The notes under the pieces: model-generated
Databases searched by the model: none
The model's input: only the letters and a program-made list of their open reading frames with translations
Told to the model about the DNA's origin: nothing
Shown: in pieces, positions 46,033 to 52,735 of the stretch
Layout: every line of letters begins with the position of its first letter
How positions within the stretch are numbered: position 1 is the first letter of the stretch
From: a virus
DNA length: 64,000 nt
Reading direction: 5' to 3' (one strand)
IMG/VR virus record: IMGVR_UViG_3300005529_000023
Coordinates: 1 to 64,000 of that record
Made by a program: the position numbers and the translations under genes

Positions 46033-46457
46033 TGGGTCAGTCACTAATTCTTTCGGGCGCAAATATCAAGCTCTACATCAACAACAAGGTCTACAAGGAA
46101 GTGCAATCTATTGCACTAGACGTGGACTATGGTGAAACAGAGATCTATGGGATCGATGCTGGTTATGCTCAGGAGATCGCTTCTACTCGTGTAACTGTAC
46201 GTGGAAGCGTGCGTGGGTTGCGCGTGAAGTATAGCGGCGGCCTACAGGCTTCAAACCTACGTCCACTCTTTTTGGATCTCGCGGCTGCCCCATACGTTTC
46301 GATTCGTATTCAGGATCGCGCCACAAGCGAAGACATCATCTTCATCCAGAATGCTAAGGTCACGAGAGAGAATCACGCCATTTCTGCAAAGGCTACTTAC
46401 AAGCTCAACTTTGACTTTGTAGGTCAAATTCCTTTGTGGGCTTTGGATCGCGCCTAA
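46032..46457 (+). CDS. tail-tube-fold structural protein
   Basis: LSGANIKLYIN..EIYGID..EI..VRGS pattern; 141 aa. Confidence 0.6.
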   Translation: MGQSLILSGANIKLYINNKVYKEVQSIALDVDYGETEIYGIDAGYAQEIASTRVTVRGSVRGLRVKYSGGLQASNLRPLFLDLAAAPYVSIRIQDRATSEDIIFIQNAKVTRENHAISAKATYKLNFDFVGQIPLWALDRA

Positions 46458-46600
46458 TCGGCGGATTGCATCTGCATTTGATAAAGAAGATCGTCGCACC
46501 ACTGCCTATTGGCAGAGCATGCTTCATTGAATTTAACCATCAAGAAGAACATGGCAGCAATTCCGAGACCGACAACAAATCCTTTTAGGGCATGCTCCAT
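46454..46600 (-). CDS. small membrane protein (48 aa)
   Basis: not in track; MEHALKGFVVGLGIAAMFFLM. Confidence 0.45.
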   Translation of the reverse strand: MEHALKGFVVGLGIAAMFFLMVKFNEACSANRQWCDDLLYQMQMQSAD

Positions 46601-46694
46601 CATTTGATGAGCCCTACTTTTTTCCAGAACCATCTAGAAAACTTCTCCACCCAAGGAGTGAAGACGAACACAAACATGTAAAACCAAAAGAGAC

Positions 46695-46922
46695 TCATCG
46701 ATTCTGTTTCTCTTTCTGGCGTAGTTTGCGTCCTTCTTTTCCGCGAGGATGATGTTCTCGTGTATCTAAGATGGCTTTGATATTGTCCATTTCTATCTTC
46801 AGTTCTGGATAGTTGCCATCATGGTCAAGGTTGTACATTTTCCTGACCTTTTTGAAACGTTCTAGCAAACGATGAGTAGCGAGCTTTTTAAGAGTTTCTA
46901 CTTTCAGAATAGGACCGTACAT
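46695..46922 (-). CDS. small basic protein
   Basis: ORF track. Confidence 0.6.
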   Translation of the reverse strand: MYGPILKVETLKKLATHRLLERFKKVRKMYNLDHDGNYPELKIEMDNIKAILDTREHHPRGKEGRKLRQKEKQNR

Positions 46923-46924
46923 AT

Positions 46925-47473
46925 CTACTCCCTGAACTTCTTCAGCATGGCACAGTACATCCTGAAGGTATTGATGGCGTCATCCTGTGCATTGTGCTTT
47001 TGGCCTTGGAATGTAAGGCTAAGCTTGATCATGCTCCGGGCGAGTCCACCTTGGATTGGTTGTTTTCGGGCAAGTCTCCAACAGACGAAGAGGGTCTTCA
47101 CATCGATCCATCTCCTGCCAAAACACCAACCTTGAAAGCTAGAATTTTCTTTCTGGAGCTGTTCCAGAAGTTCTTGTGAGTCTCCGCCGCCCCAGGTGAT
47201 TGGGTTGACGAAGGCTTTATAGTACTCGTGCATGCTTTGGAGTTGCCTATAGGCTGTCTCAAGAGATACGCCGTTGTCTACGTCTTCTTGTGTAATCTTT
47301 GTTAGATCCGTAATCGCAGGATTCAGTTGTTCATAGGGATTGACAAAAACAGACAGCTTTTCTAGAACTTGACCTGTGGAAATGTTTCCAATACAAGCTC
47401 CGATCTGAATGATCTTTCTCGAAGGCTGATTCATTTCCAGATCTACAGATGTGAAAACGTCAATTGTGCTCAT
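46925..47473 (-). CDS. DEDDh 3'-5' exonuclease
   Basis: SVDLEMNQ; TWGGGD; WIDVK; HNAQDDA. Confidence 0.88.
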   Translation of the reverse strand: MSTIDVFTSVDLEMNQPSRKIIQIGACIGNISTGQVLEKLSVFVNPYEQLNPAITDLTKITQEDVDNGVSLETAYRQLQSMHEYYKAFVNPITWGGGDSQELLEQLQKENSSFQGWCFGRRWIDVKTLFVCWRLARKQPIQGGLARSMIKLSLTFQGQKHNAQDDAINTFRMYCAMLKKFRE

Positions 47474-47615
47474 CTATACCTGTACCTAAGAAGAAATACA
47501 TGATGGCTATCGAAAGATAGATCACGCCAATACTGGCTTCGCCCGCATAGAACTCAAGCGTAGCGCTGAATACCCATATACCTGAGGCTATGTTCCAAAG
47601 CGTTCTTTGCTTCAT
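47460..47615 (-). CDS. small two-TM protein (51 aa)
   Basis: not in track; ATGA overlap with SLT gene; holin-like size is only suggestive. Confidence 0.45.
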   Translation of the reverse strand: MKQRTLWNIASGIWVFSATLEFYAGEASIGVIYLSIAIMYFFLGTGIDEHN

Positions 47616-48052
47616 TTTTCAGCCAATTCATTTCTACAAGATAGTTTGTCCTGTAAGTTCTCTGCTAGATACTTCTGTACTCTTCGAACGTATTTGAGGT
47701 TGCGTGGATAGCCTGGGAATCTCTTGCTCTCGTTGAAAGAGCCGGCATTGTACGCAGCGGTCAACTTGCACCAGTCTTCTTCGCCATATCTCGATACTTG
47801 ATATGCGAGATATCTTGCGGCCCATTTAGCATTCGTGACTGGATTCATCAGTTCCAGGGTCTTGCCCTTGAATCCTAACATCCTGGCTGTGCCCTCTTTG
47901 ACATGGCAAATTCCATAGCTTGGGGAGCCGCCGTCCACTTTATTGATCTGGACAGTAAAACCATTACTTTCGTAGGAACAAATTGCAAAAAGTAGCGTAC
48001 CAGACACCTTCGCGATTTTGGCAGCTTTCATAATGACGGAAAGATAATACAT
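47612..48052 (-). CDS. SLT-family lytic transglycosylase
   Basis: AICSYESNG; SYGICHVK..TA; AAYNAG; YVRRV; GGAGGT RBS. Confidence 0.88.
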   Translation of the reverse strand: MYYLSVIMKAAKIAKVSGTLLFAICSYESNGFTVQINKVDGGSPSYGICHVKEGTARMLGFKGKTLELMNPVTNAKWAARYLAYQVSRYGEEDWCKLTAAYNAGSFNESKRFPGYPRNLKYVRRVQKYLAENLQDKLSCRNELAEK

Positions 48053-48074
48053 CCGTACCTCCGATACTCTTTCC

Positions 48075-48102
48075 AGTATATCGCTATTTTCTTATTTTGC
48101 AA
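48075..48102 (-). promoter_or_regulatory. sigma70-type promoter
   Basis: TTGCAA-16-TATACT. Confidence 0.6.
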
Positions 48103-48119
48103 ATTGTTTTAAATTGTCG

Positions 48120-48126
48120 TAATCTA
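48120..48126 (+). promoter_or_regulatory. late-promoter motif variant (leaderless)
   Basis: TAATCTA, ATG 6 nt downstream. Confidence 0.45.
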
Positions 48127-48132
48127 TAGGGT

Positions 48133-48873
48133 ATGTCATTGAGAGACGAAATTACTCCTTATATAGACGGAAATGGCCTTGTAGCTCCAGGACTTGTAGC
48201 GGTAGGTGCCAAACAGGGATCGGACAACGGTCCAATGTATACTTCAGAACTCTATGTAATGTATGAGAAACTTGGGATGCTCACCGCCCAAGATAAACTG
48301 GATTACGCACAAAAGATCGGGCAATGCATCAATTCAGAGGGTATGCTTTGCCGAGTTCCGATCGGCCAAGATGATGGACAGGAGCAGGTGGACGACTATT
48401 ACGGTGTCTTGAATGGTTGCTACACGCTTGGCAACACGGACATTCCTCGAAAGTTTCTGAAGTCAGTCATTAAGAACTGGGGTTTCATGGACAACGAGAA
48501 TCCTGGGAGTCATTCGAACTGGTCTAGTTTCATGCCTCGCCAACTCCAGCTGATGGCTTCTTTAGTATCTGCATCTTTCCCGGGCTGGAACCCAATCAAC
48601 ATTCTGATCAGAAAGGGCTACGGTATCCTTTACTGGTACGCTGCAATCGTGATCTTCATCAGCTGCATCGGCGCTCCATCAAGCGACACTGACTCGCGCA
48701 GGCTGGCCTGGCACTTGATACAGAGCGTAGAAAACCACTCTCTATTATGCAAATTTGCTGCTACGGTCTGGTATCACAGACTTTACGCTACTTACGGTAG
48801 CGGAATGAAAGGCGTGGCGAAGCTTTACTATCAAGCCGGCCATCCCTTTGCAAAGTACTGGGTTACCGAGTAG
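48133..48873 (+). CDS. hypothetical helical protein (246 aa)
   Basis: long ORF; SDNGPMYTSE, QVDDYYG; aromatic-rich. Confidence 0.75.
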   Translation: MSLRDEITPYIDGNGLVAPGLVAVGAKQGSDNGPMYTSELYVMYEKLGMLTAQDKLDYAQKIGQCINSEGMLCRVPIGQDDGQEQVDDYYGVLNGCYTLGNTDIPRKFLKSVIKNWGFMDNENPGSHSNWSSFMPRQLQLMASLVSASFPGWNPINILIRKGYGILYWYAAIVIFISCIGAPSSDTDSRRLAWHLIQSVENHSLLCKFAATVWYHRLYATYGSGMKGVAKLYYQAGHPFAKYWVTE

Positions 48874-49063
48874 CGAATCTGTCCGTTTCAAGAGGGCAAA
48901 GATCGAGTTCTTCTCGGCTAGTGGGCCTGTGCATCTGGCTTTCGAATCCGTACCACAGATTTCCATTGGCTAACAAAACTATATATTGCTTGTATAAGCC
49001 GATGACGGTTCCGGCCTGTCCGGTGCCGACGATTACTACTTCGCCTTCTTCGTATTTGATCAT
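48863..49063 (-). CDS. small SH3/KOW-like protein
   Basis: GEVVIVGTGQAGTVIG. Confidence 0.55.
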   Translation of the reverse strand: MIKYEEGEVVIVGTGQAGTVIGLYKQYIVLLANGNLWYGFESQMHRPTSREELDLCPLETDRFATR

Positions 49064-49434
49064 TTTCTTAGGATGCCCTTAACACTGCCAGGATCGTATT
49101 TCTGAGCTTTCGTTCTGTGAGGACAAGCATTGCACTTCCTCAGATACCAGGGTTCGCCCATCTTTGAGAAAACCATGATTTCCAGATATCCGTTGCACCC
49201 GGATTCTCTACAAGCCCATGTCTTCTTTAGATTATCCAAGATTTCTTGGCCTTCTTTTGCCTTATCATCTTGGTAGGTTTCTTGGATCATTTCTTTGATA
49301 TTTTCGTAGCGATCCAGGTCCAATCTGGCGAGTTCTTTTCTTAACTGTGCTAACTCTCTTTTCAACCTCTTGTTTTCATTGACTAACTTCTGCTCTCTCG
49401 TAAATTCTTTGTTTCCACGTCGAGTCTTGCCCAC
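49060..49434 (-). CDS. coiled-coil plus C-terminal Zn-ribbon protein
   Basis: CRESGC..CNAC; GAGGA RBS; CAATCTT on - strand at 49471-49465. Confidence 0.7.
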   Translation of the reverse strand: MGKTRRGNKEFTREQKLVNENKRLKRELAQLRKELARLDLDRYENIKEMIQETYQDDKAKEGQEILDNLKKTWACRESGCNGYLEIMVFSKMGEPWYLRKCNACPHRTKAQKYDPGSVKGILRK

Positions 49435-49543
49435 AGCTGTTCCTCTTTGAAGGGTTATATCTCAAAGATTGGCCTATCTGCCTTATTTCACTATATATGA
49501 TAAATACAGGGAAAGCAACGAGATTAGGAGATAAGCGAGAACG

Positions 49544-49550
49544 CAATCTT
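49544..49550 (+). promoter_or_regulatory. putative late-promoter motif
   Basis: GAGAACG-CAATCTT-TA. Confidence 0.55.
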
Positions 49551-49586
49551 TAGAAGGTATACACCTAATCGATCGAAGGTACTTAA

Positions 49587-52274
49587 ATGGCAGTTCAAAG
49601 ACGAGTAAACTGGATCAGTCAGCAGCGCGTAGACGTACCCGACATGAGGTCGCTAGAGTCCGCTGCGTCGAATGACTTTGATCAATTATTTCAAGGATTC
49701 GTTACTGGTACAAGTCAGGGTTACGTAGTCCGTGGCTTCAATATCCTCATGGCCGGCGCAATCGGTGGCGCAGCTTCCGGCCTGCAGATGAACGTCGATC
49801 CCGGCGCTCTCATTCATATTACGTCTTCACAGTCCGGCACTATTCTCATGGTGCCTCCTGGAACTCCTCCTCAACAGTTGAACAGCGCTACAAATACCAT
49901 CGTCGATGGCGCCTTCGCCCCAAATGCGATCAACTATGTCAGCATCGAGTATGAACGTTTCATTGATAGTACGACTTCAGCTCAGATTTACATTTGGAAC
50001 CCAACTACCAATAATGAAACGACTAAGAATGCTCCTCGCGCTCAAATCCTTCGCTATCGAATCAAGATCGGAACCGCAACTCCTCTAACTAACTACCTGC
50101 CAATCGCAGTAGTCATCACAGATTCCGGTAACAACGTTGTTTCGATCACTGACGCGCGCTGGATGCTCGGTCGTCTTGGTCAAGGTGGAATCACTCCAAA
50201 CCCATTTTTCACCTATCCTTGGTCGCAAGGACGTGTAGAGAATCCGCCTACCTCTACTTCCAACACTGTAGATCCATTCTCTGGCGGTGACAAAGCGATT
50301 AGTAGTCTAAAGGACTGGATGAACGCTGTAATGTCGTCCATTCAGGAAATCAAAGGAACGACCTATTGGTACTCTGCGTCGTCTTCTGGTTCCATTGAAA
50401 CACTCCGAGAAGACCTTGGGAATACCGTCATCACTGGTAAGGGTTCGATCGCTCACGGTGTGCTGCCCTCTGATAAGGTAACTCCAACGGCCGCAGGCCA
50501 GATCAATTGGGACCAAGATATCAACATCCGTGTCGTTGGGTCCGCACTTACCTACGCGCTTACTGCTAATCCTACTTCTACAGACATTACACTCGCTGAC
50601 GATCGCGTTGCTTACGTCACTTTGGTGCGCGGAATCGTTGTAAGCCCAAACCTCATTTTCACCAACGGTCTACGGCAGGTCACCTCAGTCGGAGCAATCT
50701 CTTGGACTGGTCCACTTCAGGCTGGCGACTATCTCAAGCTCGGTTCTGATACCGATGCCGGATACTACGAGATCTTCTCAGTCGATTCGCTTACACAGGT
50801 CACATTGGTCAATGCCTTCGCAGGAACCAGCACTGGTCCTGCTGGTGCAAAGGGTAAGTATGCCTTCGGAACTTATCAGGCATCGGCTTCTCCAAGTACA
50901 TCACGCGACATTTTTATTGCTACTCGCGAAAATGTTCCAGCAGGCCCAGATGTTTTCTGGTTGTTCATGCGTACGGACAATGGCGGAGCACAGCCACGCG
51001 TTTACATTCGATTCCTTGGTAGCGAGCTTGATGAAGGTGAAGACAGAGATATCTCTGATACAACTTCTGCCGAACTTCTAAAGTACATTGGTTCAGCTAG
51101 CGAGGCTACTTACAGACCACTATTCGTATCTGCCCTCAACCCCGGAAGTATCGCACAGATCACGCAGATCACCTGCGGTGACGCATCTACGATGGCTTCG
51201 AACCAGTATTTCTACCTTTACTCTCCTGGGAACTACCGCGTCTATGCAGTTTGGGTGAACAAAGATGGCACTGGTACTCAGCCATTCGTTCCATTTGCGA
51301 ACAACTATATTGAATGGGATGTCACCACAGGGTTCACGTCTACCCAGACCGCTTCTGCTCTTGCTACCGCCCTAAATGGGACTCTGGCAGGAGACTTTCA
51401 CGCTGTACCAGCACTAGCAGTAGTCACGGTAACGAGCACATCAGCTGGTTCATCGAATAGCGCTACAAACTTTAACGTAGGCGCTCCATTCGCAATTTTG
51501 GTTACCCAGAGCGGAACTGGAACTGGTAACTTCACTGTTCATGATGGTGACAATCTCACCTTAGCAATCAAAGAACTGGACCTTGCAGTTGCAGAGCTTG
51601 CTGAAGTTGAACCTAGCTATGACGAGACTGTCGATATCGTTGCTTCAGGCGCTACACCTCCAACTTCTCTCAATGGACCAGTGATTGCTGGAACAAACAT
51701 TACACTGCCTTTGAACAGTCGCATGGGCAGTATCCAGCAGAGATACGTCGTTGGAAATGGCTCACTAGAAGTGTTCCTGAACGGCCAATACTTAGTTTTG
51801 GGTATTGATTGGCTTGAAGTAGGCGCCTCAGGCGTAGCAAGCGATCAAATTACCATCGAGCAGGATCTCGATGTTGGCGACGTTCTAGAGTTTAGAGTTG
51901 ATTCGAGCGGTGGCGGAGCAGGCGGCGGAGATATCGGCCCAGCCGGTCCTCCAGGCCCAGCCGGTCCTCCAGGCGCTAACGCCGTTGGCGGTCCAGTTTC
52001 TATCTCGACCAAGAGTTTGAGTTACACCGTTCTTTTGACAGATAACGTCCTGCTTGCCAATGCCCTTGGAGGCGCAATTACCTTCACGCTCCCAAGCGCT
52101 GCCTCGGCGACTGGACGCGTATTCTGGTTCAAGAAAGTTGATAGTAGCGCAAACGCCATGACTATTTTGGCTGCTGGTGTAGATCTTATTGACGGTGCAA
52201 GTAGTCAGACTACAACGGTACAATACGAATCCTTTACCATCATTTCCGATGGAGCAACTTGGTGGATCATCTAA
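49587..52274 (+). CDS. baseplate-attached tail fibre / adaptor protein (895 aa)
   Basis: beta-rich S/T/G composition; VFLNGQ..GIDW module; short collagen-like GPAGPP repeat. Confidence 0.75.
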   Translation: MAVQRRVNWISQQRVDVPDMRSLESAASNDFDQLFQGFVTGTSQGYVVRGFNILMAGAIGGAASGLQMNVDPGALIHITSSQSGTILMVPPGTPPQQLNSATNTIVDGAFAPNAINYVSIEYERFIDSTTSAQIYIWNPTTNNETTKNAPRAQILRYRIKIGTATPLTNYLPIAVVITDSGNNVVSITDARWMLGRLGQGGITPNPFFTYPWSQGRVENPPTSTSNTVDPFSGGDKAISSLKDWMNAVMSSIQEIKGTTYWYSASSSGSIETLREDLGNTVITGKGSIAHGVLPSDKVTPTAAGQINWDQDINIRVVGSALTYALTANPTSTDITLADDRVAYVTLVRGIVVSPNLIFTNGLRQVTSVGAISWTGPLQAGDYLKLGSDTDAGYYEIFSVDSLTQVTLVNAFAGTSTGPAGAKGKYAFGTYQASASPSTSRDIFIATRENVPAGPDVFWLFMRTDNGGAQPRVYIRFLGSELDEGEDRDISDTTSAELLKYIGSASEATYRPLFVSALNPGSIAQITQITCGDASTMASNQYFYLYSPGNYRVYAVWVNKDGTGTQPFVPFANNYIEWDVTTGFTSTQTASALATALNGTLAGDFHAVPALAVVTVTSTSAGSSNSATNFNVGAPFAILVTQSGTGTGNFTVHDGDNLTLAIKELDLAVAELAEVEPSYDETVDIVASGATPPTSLNGPVIAGTNITLPLNSRMGSIQQRYVVGNGSLEVFLNGQYLVLGIDWLEVGASGVASDQITIEQDLDVGDVLEFRVDSSGGGAGGGDIGPAGPPGPAGPPGANAVGGPVSISTKSLSYTVLLTDNVLLANALGGAITFTLPSAASATGRVFWFKKVDSSANAMTILAAGVDLIDGASSQTTTVQYESFTIISDGATWWII
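51936..51971 (+). repeat. exact 18-nt tandem duplication (GPAGPP x2)
   Basis: GGCCCAGCCGGTCCTCCA twice. Confidence 0.9.
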
Positions 52275-52288
52275 GGGAGGGTTGATAT

Positions 52289-52735
52289 ATGACATATAGC
52301 CCAAACTTTAGAGGTGCATCGGCCAAAGCTTCTAGTAGACAGACTCAAACTGGATACCAGAATGGAACCGTATCTACTCTGACTAAGGGAACTCCTGTTA
52401 CGATCAATGGTAGCAGCCAGATGATCCTAGTGGATGTTACCAGTGAGTCTTCTGTTGATGCTATCGTAGGTCTAACCAGTGTAGATACTCCGAGTGCTGC
52501 AAATGGTACTGTCGTTGATTGTGGTCGTTTAGAAAACATTACAACGTCTTTCAATGTTCGAGATATTCTATATATCGACAAAAGCGGTGCCTTGACTAAT
52601 ATCCAGCCAACGGTTGGAGTGAACAGTTTTGTTCACGGGGATTACGTAGTCCTAGTTGGTGTAGTGGTTGAAAATGAATTCGACAATACCAAGAAAGACA
52701 TCAAGCTCATGCTATCTGTGGTTGGTCAGCTATAA
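52289..52735 (+). CDS. small structural protein (DUF2190/cement-like fold)
   Basis: GTPVTI..IVGL..G.V..G..LYI..SGALT..P..VGV pattern. Confidence 0.55.
   Translation: MTYSPNFRGASAKASSRQTQTGYQNGTVSTLTKGTPVTINGSSQMILVDVTSESSVDAIVGLTSVDTPSAANGTVVDCGRLENITTSFNVRDILYIDKSGALTNIQPTVGVNSFVHGDYVVLVGVVVENEFDNTKKDIKLMLSVVGQL

Noticed and set aside
46032-46457. Major tail tube gene
   Set aside because: No adjacent sheath or chaperone genes and it lies after the wedge genes; more likely a tube-fold baseplate paralogue
51936-51971. Collagen-like repeat as a novel element
   Set aside because: Only two GPAGPP units; common in phage fibres
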